DNA of 64,000 bases, taken from Burkholderiaceae bacterium. Its GTDB lineage: Bacteria; Pseudomonadota; Gammaproteobacteria; Burkholderiales; Burkholderiaceae_C. The stretch covers positions 13,359 to 77,358 of the forward strand of contig JAIESX010000013.1 of the NCBI GenBank assembly GCA_019745555.1. The letters are read 5' to 3'. Below the pieces are notes generated by a model. It did no database searches. It was given only the letters and a program-made list of their open reading frames with translations, and was not told the DNA's origin. Below are positions 56,092 through 64,000 of this stretch, piece by piece (positions within the stretch are counted from its first letter, which is position 1; every line of letters starts with the position of its first letter). The position numbers were made by a program, and so were the translations under genes.

Positions 56092-57576
56092 TTACTTGAG
56101 GATGTCGCCCAGGCAGAGGTACTTGAGTTCGACGTAGTCGTCCATGCCGTGGTGTGAGCCTTCGCGGCCCAGGCCGGACTGCTTGACGCCGCCGAAGGGC
56201 ACATGTTCGGTGGCCAGCACGCCGACGTTGATGCCCACCATGCCGTACTCCAGGGCCTCGCTGACGCGGAAGATGCGGCCCACGTCGCGGGTGTAGAAGT
56301 AGGTCGCCAGGCCGAAGATGGTGGCGTTGGCCATCGCGATGACCTCCTGCTCGGTCTTGAAGCGGAACACGGGCGCGAAGGGGCCGAAGGTCTCTTCGGT
56401 GGCGCAGAGCATGTTCTGCTGGGCTTCGGACAGCACGGTGGGTTCGAAGAACTGGCCCTGCAGCTTCTTGCCCCCGACCACCACCTTGCCGCCCTTGGCC
56501 ACGGCATCGGCCACATGGCGTTGCACCTTCTCCACGGCGGCATCTTCGATCAGCGGTCCCTGGGACACGCCGTCCTCGAAGCCGTTGCCGACCTTGACGG
56601 CCTTGACCTTCTCGGCAAACTTCTTGACGAACTCGTCGTAGACACCGTCCTGCACGTAGATGCGGTTGGCGCAGACGCAGGTCTGGCCGGCGTTGCGGTA
56701 CTTGCTGGCCATGGCGCCTTCGACGGCCGAGTCGAGGTCGGCGTCGTCGAAGACGATGAAGGGCGCGTTGCCGCCCAGCTCCAGGCTCAGCTTCTTGACC
56801 GTGGGGGCACTCTGCGCCATCAGGATGCGGCCGACTTCGGTGGAGCCGGTGAAGCTGATGTGGCGCACCGTCTCGCTGGCGCAGAAGACCTTGCCCACGG
56901 CGATGGAGTTGTCAGCATCGGCGGTGAGGATGTTGATGACCCCAGCCGGGATGCCGGCGCGCACGGCCAGCTCGGCTGCGGCCAGGGCCGTGAGCGGGGT
57001 CAGCTCGGCCGGCTTGATGATCACGGGGCAACCCGCGGCCAGGGCCGGGGCCACCTTGCGTGTGATCATGGCCAGCGGGAAGTTCCAGGGTGTGATGGCC
57101 GCGCAGACACCGATGGGCTGCTTGATAACCATGAGGCGGCGGTTGTTGTCCCAGCTCGGCAGGGTCTCGCCGTTGACGCGCTTGGCTTCCTCGGCGAACC
57201 ACTCGACGAAGCTCGCACCATAGCTGACTTCGCCCTTGGCTTCGGGGTAGGGCTTGCCCTGTTCGGCGGTCATGATGCGGGCCAGGTCGTCACGGTGGGC
57301 CATCAGCAGGTCAAACCATTTGCGCAGGATGACGCTGCGTTCCTTGCCCGTGAGGTTGCGCCAGGCCGGCCAGGCGGCGTTGGCGGCCTGGATGGCCTGC
57401 TCGGCATCGGCCGGGCCCAGGTTGGCCACGTCGGCGAGCTTGTGGCCGGTGGCCGGGTCCAGCACGTCGAAGCGCGTGGCGGCGGCGCCCTTGACCCACA
57501 GTCCGTTGACCAGCGCATCGGTCTTGAGCAGGCTGGGGTCCTTGAGCTGGGCGAGGGGGGATGTCTTCATGTCCAT
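56092..57576 (-). CDS. gabD: NAD(P)-dependent succinate-semialdehyde dehydrogenase
   Basis: ITPWNFP, FTGSTEVG, LELGGNAP, RNAGQTCVC, EETFGP and FGGVKQSG motifs. Confidence 0.93.
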   Translation of the reverse strand: MDMKTSPLAQLKDPSLLKTDALVNGLWVKGAAATRFDVLDPATGHKLADVANLGPADAEQAIQAANAAWPAWRNLTGKERSVILRKWFDLLMAHRDDLARIMTAEQGKPYPEAKGEVSYGASFVEWFAEEAKRVNGETLPSWDNNRRLMVIKQPIGVCAAITPWNFPLAMITRKVAPALAAGCPVIIKPAELTPLTALAAAELAVRAGIPAGVINILTADADNSIAVGKVFCASETVRHISFTGSTEVGRILMAQSAPTVKKLSLELGGNAPFIVFDDADLDSAVEGAMASKYRNAGQTCVCANRIYVQDGVYDEFVKKFAEKVKAVKVGNGFEDGVSQGPLIEDAAVEKVQRHVADAVAKGGKVVVGGKKLQGQFFEPTVLSEAQQNMLCATEETFGPFAPVFRFKTEQEVIAMANATIFGLATYFYTRDVGRIFRVSEALEYGMVGINVGVLATEHVPFGGVKQSGLGREGSHHGMDDYVELKYLCLGDILK

Positions 57577-57752
57577 GGCAGTCTCTCCGGGGCAGGTGTC
57601 TCGTCGGTCCGGGCATTGTGCCAGCGCGTCGCCGCCAGGGTCATCGCGCGGGTGACAGCCGGCCGGGACGGGGCCCCAAACCTATAATCGATAGTTCAGG
57701 AAAATCAAGCAGTTAGGCGCGCGTGGCGCGCCTCTGCCTCACCCCCAACACC

Positions 57753-60377
57753 ATGAGCCAAGCCGTCTTTTCCGTTGCCGACATTCGCAAGACCTTTCTG
57801 GACTTCTTTGCCGCCAAGGGCCACACCGTGGTCGAGTCCAGCCCGCTGGTACCGGGCAACGACCCCACGCTGATGTTCACCAACTCCGGCATGGTGCAGT
57901 TCAAGGACGTGTTCTTGGGCACGGACAAGCGCAGCTATGTGCGCGCAGCCTCGGTGCAGGCCTGTCTGCGTGCCGGCGGCAAGCACAACGACCTGGAAAA
58001 CGTGGGCTACACCGCGCGTCATCACACCTTCTTCGAGATGCTGGGCAACTGGTCCTTCGGCGACTACTTCAAGCGCGAATCGTTGAAGTGGGCCTGGGAG
58101 CTGCTGACCGAGGTCTACAAGCTGCCCAAGGAGCGCCTGCTGGCCACGGTCTATGCCGAGGACGACGAGGCCTACGACATCTGGACGAAAGAGATCGGCC
58201 TGCCGCCCGAGCGTGTGATCCGCATCGGCGACAACAAGGGCGGCCGCTACAAGAGCGACAACTTCTGGATGATGGCCGACACCGGCCCCTGCGGCCCCTG
58301 CTCGGAAATCTTTTACGACCACGGCGACCACATCCCCGGCGGCCCCCCGGGCAGCCCCGAGGAAGACGGGGACCGTTTCATCGAGATCTGGAACAACGTG
58401 TTCATGCAGTTCAACATGGACGAGACGGGGGCCGTCACGCCCCTGCCCGCGCCCTGTGTGGACACGGGCATGGGCCTGGAGCGCCTGGCCGCCATCCTGC
58501 AGCATGTGCACAGCAACTACGAGATCGACCTCTTCGACGCGCTGATCAAGGCCGCCGCCCGAGAAGTGGGTACGAAGGATCTGAGCAACCCCTCGCTGCG
58601 CGTGATCGCCGACCACATCCGCGCCACCGCCTTCCTGGTGAGCGACGGCGTGATCCCCAGCAACGAAGGCCGCGGCTATGTGCAGCGCCGCATCGTGCGC
58701 CGCGCCATCCGCCACGGCTACAAGCTGGGCCAGAAGAAGCCCTTCTTCCACAAGCTGGTGGCCGAGCTGGTGCGCCAGATGGGCGACGCCTACCCGCGCC
58801 TGAAAGCGGAAGAGAAGCGCATCACCGAGGTGCTCAAGACCGAGGAAGAGCGCTTCTTCGAGACGCTGGAAAACGGCATGGAGATCCTTGACGGTGCGCT
58901 GGCCGGTGGGGCCAAGGTGCTGCCGGGCGAGGTGGCGTTCAAGCTGCATGACACCTACGGCTTCCCGCTGGACCTGACCAACGACGTCTGCCGCGAGCGC
59001 GGCGTCACGGTGGACGAGGCCGGCTTCGCCGCCGCCATGGACAAGCAGAAATCCCAGGCCCGTGCCGCCGGCAAGTTCAAGATGGACAAGGCCCTGGAGT
59101 ACACGGGCGCGGGCAACCGGTTCGTGGGCTACGACAAGCTCGAAGCCCCCGCCAAGATCGTCGCGCTCTATCTGGACGGCACGCCCACGGCCGTGCTCAA
59201 GACGGGGCAGAACGGCGTCGTGGTGCTCGACACCACACCCTTCTACGCCGAGAGCGGCGGCCAGGTGGGCGACGAAGGCCTCATCATTGCCGGCTCGGCC
59301 CGCTTCGAGGTGGGCGACACGCAGAAGATCAAGGCCGATGTCTATGGCCACCACGGCACGCTGGCCCAGGGCACGCTCAATGTGGGCGACACCGTCACGG
59401 CCCAGGTCAACATGACACAGCGCGCCGCCACCATGCGCAACCACTCGGTCACCCACCTCATGCACAAGGCCTTGCGCGAGGTGCTGGGCAGCCATGTGCA
59501 GCAGAAGGGCAGCCTGGTGGATGCCGAGAAGACCCGCTTCGACTTCACGCACAACGCGCCGCTGACCGATCCGCAGATCCGCGAGATCGAGGCGCGCGTC
59601 AATGCCGAGATCCTGGCCAACGCCGCCACCCAGGCGCGCGTCATGGACATCGAGTCCGCCAAGGCCACGGGCGCCATGATGCTCTTCGGCGAGAAGTACG
59701 GCGACACCGTGCGCGTGCTCGACATCGGCAGCAGCCGCGAACTCTGCGGCGGCACCCACGTGCAGCGCACGGGTGATATCGGCTTCTTCACCATCACGGC
59801 CGAAGGCGGGGTGGCTGCCGGCGTGCGTCGCGTCGAGGCCGTTACCGGTCTGGCGGCCCTGTCCTATGTGCAGGGCATGGAAGACACGCTCGGCGGTGTG
59901 GCCGGTACGCTCAAGGTCACCCCCAGCGAAGTGCCGGCCCGTGTGGATGCCATCCTGACCCAGGTGCGCGATCTGGAGAAGCAGCTGGCCGCGCTCAAGG
60001 GCAAGCTGGCCTCGGCCCAGGGCGACGAGCTGCTGACGCAGGCGGTGGACATCAAGGGCCTCAAGGTGCTGGCCGTGCGCCTGGAAGGCGCCGACGCCAA
60101 GACCCTGCGTGACACGCTGGACAAGCTCAAGGACAAGCTCAAGACCGCCGCCATCGTGCTGGCCGCCGTGGATGGCGACAAGGTGCAGCTCGCGGCCGGT
60201 GTCACGGCCGACAGCGTGGGCAAGGTCAAGGCCGGCGAGCTGGTCAACTTCGTGGCCCAGCAGGTCGGCGGCAAGGGCGGCGGCAAGCCCGACATGGCCA
60301 TGGCCGGTGGCACCGATGCGAGCAAGCTCGGTGCGGCCCTGGCCAGCGTGCAGGGCTGGGTGGCCGAGAAGGTCTGA
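57753..60377 (+). CDS. alaS: Alanine--tRNA ligase
   Basis: [29 protein letters not shown], editing motifs HSVTH and ELCGGTH, GGKGGG. Confidence 0.98.
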   Translation: MSQAVFSVADIRKTFLDFFAAKGHTVVESSPLVPGNDPTLMFTNSGMVQFKDVFLGTDKRSYVRAASVQACLRAGGKHNDLENVGYTARHHTFFEMLGNWSFGDYFKRESLKWAWELLTEVYKLPKERLLATVYAEDDEAYDIWTKEIGLPPERVIRIGDNKGGRYKSDNFWMMADTGPCGPCSEIFYDHGDHIPGGPPGSPEEDGDRFIEIWNNVFMQFNMDETGAVTPLPAPCVDTGMGLERLAAILQHVHSNYEIDLFDALIKAAAREVGTKDLSNPSLRVIADHIRATAFLVSDGVIPSNEGRGYVQRRIVRRAIRHGYKLGQKKPFFHKLVAELVRQMGDAYPRLKAEEKRITEVLKTEEERFFETLENGMEILDGALAGGAKVLPGEVAFKLHDTYGFPLDLTNDVCRERGVTVDEAGFAAAMDKQKSQARAAGKFKMDKALEYTGAGNRFVGYDKLEAPAKIVALYLDGTPTAVLKTGQNGVVVLDTTPFYAESGGQVGDEGLIIAGSARFEVGDTQKIKADVYGHHGTLAQGTLNVGDTVTAQVNMTQRAATMRNHSVTHLMHKALREVLGSHVQQKGSLVDAEKTRFDFTHNAPLTDPQIREIEARVNAEILANAATQARVMDIESAKATGAMMLFGEKYGDTVRVLDIGSSRELCGGTHVQRTGDIGFFTITAEGGVAAGVRRVEAVTGLAALSYVQGMEDTLGGVAGTLKVTPSEVPARVDAILTQVRDLEKQLAALKGKLASAQGDELLTQAVDIKGLKVLAVRLEGADAKTLRDTLDKLKDKLKTAAIVLAAVDGDKVQLAAGVTADSVGKVKAGELVNFVAQQVGGKGGGKPDMAMAGGTDASKLGAALASVQGWVAEKV

Positions 60378-60913
60378 TGCAACGTCGTCATGTCCTGGCC
60401 TGGGCGCTGGGCGCGGCAGCGATGCCGGCGCTGGCCCAGCGCGGCTACGACGTCACGCCCTGGCCGGCACGCCAGCCGGTGCCGCCGCTGCAGGCCCTGG
60501 ACATGCAGGGCAAGACCTGGACCCTGGCCGAGCTGCGTGGTCGCGCCGTGGTGCTGAATTTCTGGGCCACCTGGTGCCCCCCCTGCCGTGCCGAGATGCC
60601 CTCGCTGCAGCAACTGGCCGAGATCTACGGGCCCGAGCAGCTGCAGGTGCTGGCCCTCAATGTGGGCGAGGGTCCGCGGCGCATTGCGCAGTACCTGCAG
60701 TCCAGCGGACTGGAGCTGACTGTGCTGCTCGATCCCAAGAGCGAGATCGCCCGCGCCTGGGATGCCCGCGTGCTGCCCACCACCATCCTGATCGACGCCG
60801 AAGGCCGGCCCAGGCAGCGTGTGCGCGGCGAGGTGGACTGGAGCGGGCGCGAGGCGCAGGCTCTGGTGGAGCCTCTGCTCCGCAATCCGATCAAACCGGA
60901 CGCCAGGACCTGA
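60377..60913 (+). CDS. TlpA-like thiol:disulfide oxidoreductase, exported
   Basis: MQRRHVL signal (possibly Tat), [15 protein letters not shown] and LPTT motifs. Confidence 0.9.
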   Translation: MQRRHVLAWALGAAAMPALAQRGYDVTPWPARQPVPPLQALDMQGKTWTLAELRGRAVVLNFWATWCPPCRAEMPSLQQLAEIYGPEQLQVLALNVGEGPRRIAQYLQSSGLELTVLLDPKSEIARAWDARVLPTTILIDAEGRPRQRVRGEVDWSGREAQALVEPLLRNPIKPDART

Positions 60914-61931
60914 GCCGCAGGTTCAGCGGCGCCTCGATCCGGCGTTCGAACACAAAGGCCAGCGCCACACTGCCGGCCCAGCCCAGGCCCAGCAGCAGCA
61001 CCGCGAGCCCCGAGCTTTGCGGTGCCAGCAGTGCATGGAGCGCGTTGACCAGCAGCAGCACGGCGAAGTGCACGAGGAAGAGGGCATAGGAGGTGCGCCC
61101 CAGCGCCTGCACCTTCGATTGCAGACGCGCCGGCAGCGGCAGTTCGCGCCGCGAGACCGCGGCCAGCCCGAGCAGCAGGGCCACGCCCAGGGCCAGGGCG
61201 ATGCGGACACGCCAGTCCAGGCCCAGCGCCAGCAGGCCCAGCGCGGCCAGCAGCGTCAGCCAGCGCAGGGCCTGCGAGGAGCGCGCCGCCCAGCCCGCCA
61301 GCGCGCCCAGCGCATAGCTGCCGAAGAAGTACAGGCCCCAGTCGTCCCAGCGCGCGTCGCGGTTGAAGACCAGCAGCGAGAGCAGCATGAGGCCGGCCGT
61401 CAGCCACAGGGCAGGGGCCGGGCGCCCGCCGCGCTGCCCCAGCCAGAGCAGCAGCGCCAGCAGGGCGTAGAGCTGCAGGTCGATGGCCACGTACCAGACA
61501 CCGGCGGACAGTGCCTCCGCATCCACCACGTCCTGCAGCAGCAGCGCATGGGCCAGGGCCTGGCCCCAGCCGGGGGCGGCGGGGATGAAGTCCGCAGCCA
61601 GGACCTGGCGCGCCAGCAGGGCAGCGAGCACGGCCAGGGCAAGGGCGGCCAGCAGGGGCAGGGCCAGGCGCAGGTAGCGCAGCAGCAGCGCGCGCCCGAG
61701 CATGGCGGCGTCGCGCCGCATGGCCGGCACCAGGGCCTGCATGGCCAGATAGCCGCCGAGCACGAGGAAGATCTGCACCGCCATGCGCGCGTAGTCGTAG
61801 AGCCAGCCGGCCAGTGCCGGGGCCAGGCGGTGCAGGGCTTCGGAGAGCGGGCTGTAGGCCGAGAAATGGTGCAGCACGATGAGCTGCGAGCCGATGCACT
61901 TGAGCGCATCGACGAGCGTCTGTCGCTGCAT
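60891..61931 (-). CDS. Acyltransferase family 3 membrane protein
   Basis: DALK.....[31 protein letters not shown] and [10 protein letters not shown] motifs. Confidence 0.88.
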   Translation of the reverse strand: MQRQTLVDALKCIGSQLIVLHHFSAYSPLSEALHRLAPALAGWLYDYARMAVQIFLVLGGYLAMQALVPAMRRDAAMLGRALLLRYLRLALPLLAALALAVLAALLARQVLAADFIPAAPGWGQALAHALLLQDVVDAEALSAGVWYVAIDLQLYALLALLLWLGQRGGRPAPALWLTAGLMLLSLLVFNRDARWDDWGLYFFGSYALGALAGWAARSSQALRWLTLLAALGLLALGLDWRVRIALALGVALLLGLAAVSRRELPLPARLQSKVQALGRTSYALFLVHFAVLLLVNALHALLAPQSSGLAVLLLGLGWAGSVALAFVFERRIEAPLNLRLRSWRPV

Positions 61932-61936
61932 GGGGT

Positions 61937-63121
61937 TCAGGTTTTTGGGATGGGCATGTCGGTGCTGCCCGGGCGCACCCAGCGCGCGAACTCGCGCGTG
62001 GTGTCCATGCAGCCGCCGGCTTCGGTGTAGACGCCGCGCGCTTCGCGCCAGCGCGTCATCAGCGCCATCACGCGGGCCAGCTCCACCGGATTGGCCAGCG
62101 TGGCCTCGATCAGCGGCTCGATGCGCTGCTCGTCGATCTGCGACTCGCCCTGCGCATCCTGGTACAGGCCATGGCGCCAGTGGTAGATCTCCACGCACTT
62201 GCGCGTCAGCGTGTAGGGCTGGCCCTGTTTCCAGAAGTTCGTGAACTCGCCGCCGCCCAGGTACATGACCCAGGAGCCCTCGAAGCCGCAGGCGTCGGCT
62301 GAAGCCTCGTCGGGGTTGCGGAACCAGACCCGGTCTCCGGGGACGTAGTAGAGCGGGGGCAGGGGCGCGTCCATCGAGCCCTGCTCGCGCAGGAAGACGT
62401 TGTGGAACTCCTCGGACATGATGGCGCGCTGCTGCCACAGGCTCTGCAGGCGCTCGAAGAGCTCAGGATTGCACTGCGCCAGCTCCTGCGCAATGCCCAG
62501 CAGGATCACGTACTCGGTGGCGCGATAGCAGGAGAAGGAATAGAGCCGGCCCGAGACCGCGGGCTGGGTGGTCTTGATCAGCGCGTCGATCAGCGGCACG
62601 CCGGGCAGCAGGATGAAGCCCTTGTCTTCGTCGTAGGTCCAGCAGTCTTCGGGCCGCTCGGCGGCGTGGGTGTCGAAGGCCAGGGTGGTGCGACGCGCGG
62701 CCTGCACGATGTTGCGGCGGATACGGATGGTCGAGACCAGTTCGTCCAGGCTGGGCACGTCCAGGCCGGTGGGGCTCATCAGCAGGGTCAGCAGGATTTC
62801 GCGCTGCAGATCGGCCGCGCTGGTCTGCGTGGCCAGGCCCAGGGTCTCGGCCAGCTGCATGGTGTCGTGGCCCGGCGCCCAGGCCTGGGTGCTGCAGGGC
62901 GCGAGCCACAGGCGCAGCCAACGGCCCTGGCCGTCCAGCCCGGATTCGGTCTGCACCATGGCGGCCAGATCGCGGGCGTCGAGCTGTTCGAGTACGGCCT
63001 GGACCATGGCACTGCTGCTGCGCCCGGCCTGCAGGCCGCGCAGGACGATGCCGCGGCTCTGCGGCAGCGCGGGGTCTTGCGCGTGCTCCGCGGCATCGTA
63101 GAGGTCCAGCAGTTTTCTCAT
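61937..63121 (-). CDS. Hypothetical protein resembling Bacillus Tgl protein-glutamine gamma-glutamyltransferase
   Basis: RRNIVQAA, W....[29 protein letters not shown] and G.WVMYLGGG align by eye with the Tgl motifs YAFECATA and GD.LYFKNP. Confidence 0.6.
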   Translation of the reverse strand: MRKLLDLYDAAEHAQDPALPQSRGIVLRGLQAGRSSSAMVQAVLEQLDARDLAAMVQTESGLDGQGRWLRLWLAPCSTQAWAPGHDTMQLAETLGLATQTSAADLQREILLTLLMSPTGLDVPSLDELVSTIRIRRNIVQAARRTTLAFDTHAAERPEDCWTYDEDKGFILLPGVPLIDALIKTTQPAVSGRLYSFSCYRATEYVILLGIAQELAQCNPELFERLQSLWQQRAIMSEEFHNVFLREQGSMDAPLPPLYYVPGDRVWFRNPDEASADACGFEGSWVMYLGGGEFTNFWKQGQPYTLTRKCVEIYHWRHGLYQDAQGESQIDEQRIEPLIEATLANPVELARVMALMTRWREARGVYTEAGGCMDTTREFARWVRPGSTDMPIPKT

Positions 63122-63285
63122 GGTGGAATTCAATATACCCCAGGCCTTGTGTGGAATAGATAGGGAGAAACGCCGGGGTGTTGCGCAATTGATAATCGAC
63201 ACGCAGCCGCACCGCGGCTGCACCGTCGTTCCGGGGCATCTTCACCTGCGCCGGCGACGTTTTCATTTCATCCGGAGATCTCTTC

Positions 63286-64000
63286 ATGACCACCGCACGT
63301 CGTCGCTTCCTCCTCAACGCGGCCGCCGTCTCGGCCGCCTACACCTGGCCCCAGGTTCAGGCCCAGACCGCGCCCGCCCAGCGCCAGTTCAACCCGCAAC
63401 CCGGCGCCTGGCGTACCTTCGAGGTCACCACCCGGGTCGACATCCAGCAGGCCGAAGGCCAGACCCGCGTCTGGCTGCCCGTGCCCTCGATCGACAGCGA
63501 CTGGCAGCGCTCGGTGGCCAGTCAGTACGCGAGCAACGGCCAGGCCCGCATGAACAGCGATGCCGTCTATGGCGCGCGCCTGCTGCAGGTGGAGTTCACG
63601 CCGGGCGAGAAGAAGCCCTGGGTCGAGCTCACCAGCCGTATCCAGACGCGCAACCGCGCCGTCGACTGGGCCGCGAACAAGCCGGTGCGCGAAGACGCCG
63701 GCAACCTCAAGTTCTGGACCCAGCCCACGGCCCTGCTGCCCACGGACGGCATCGTGCGCCAGACCGCGCTGGAGGCCACGCGCGGTGCGAAGACCGACGT
63801 CGAGAAGGCGCGCGCTCTCTACGACTGGGTGGTGCGCAACAGCTGGCGCGAGCCCAAGGTGCGTGGCTGCGGCGAAGGCGACATCAAGACCATGCTGGAG
63901 ACTGGCAACCTGGGCGGCAAGTGCGCCGACATCAACGCGCTCTACGTGGGCCTGTGCCGCGCCGTGGGCCTGCCCGCGCGCGACGTCTATGGCCTGCGCT
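63286..64000 (+). CDS. Tat-exported transglutaminase-like protein (3' end outside the window)
   Basis: MTTARRRFLL twin-arginine signal, RVWLPVP, EKARALYDWV and GGKCADINALYVGLCRAVGLPARDVYG. Frame is open to the window end. Confidence 0.85.
   Translation, partial: MTTARRRFLLNAAAVSAAYTWPQVQAQTAPAQRQFNPQPGAWRTFEVTTRVDIQQAEGQTRVWLPVPSIDSDWQRSVASQYASNGQARMNSDAVYGARLLQVEFTPGEKKPWVELTSRIQTRNRAVDWAANKPVREDAGNLKFWTQPTALLPTDGIVRQTALEATRGAKTDVEKARALYDWVVRNSWREPKVRGCGEGDIKTMLETGNLGGKCADINALYVGLCRAVGLPARDVYGLR

Noticed and set aside
63178-63200. Possible Fur box (aattgataatcg) between the divergent transglutaminase-like genes
   Set aside because: Only a half-site match, too weak to call.

Overview
A 64-kb, high-GC chromosomal window from a betaproteobacterium, most likely Burkholderiales/Comamonadaceae (inferred from gene content and repeat style). 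Most of it is housekeeping or metabolic: ntrC, xth, folA, thyA, aroC, aroQ, trhP, arfB, hppD, ytfE, fumC, ETF-QO, scoAB, gabD, alaS and tRNA-Gly(CCC). The ogt gene carries a frameshift. No transposase, integrase, prophage or CRISPR array was seen. The notable parts are: (1) an operon encoding a CHASE2 class III adenylate cyclase, a ~1260-aa secreted NHL/FN3/transglutaminase-like/TPR protein and a small secreted protein, followed by pagP, which is the best candidate for an undescribed envelope signalling system; (2) a homolog of Bacillus spore-coat Tgl with altered catalytic residues, beside an acyltransferase-3 and a Tat-exported transglutaminase; (3) the ATP-grasp/alpha-E/transglutaminase/Anbu operon behind a clear sigma-54 promoter; (4) two 0.5-0.6 kb non-coding elements, each an inverted dimer of a structured ~220-nt unit with compensatory base changes; (5) an inverted partial tRNA copy just downstream of tRNA-Gly. 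All family calls come from motif recognition by eye, not database searches.
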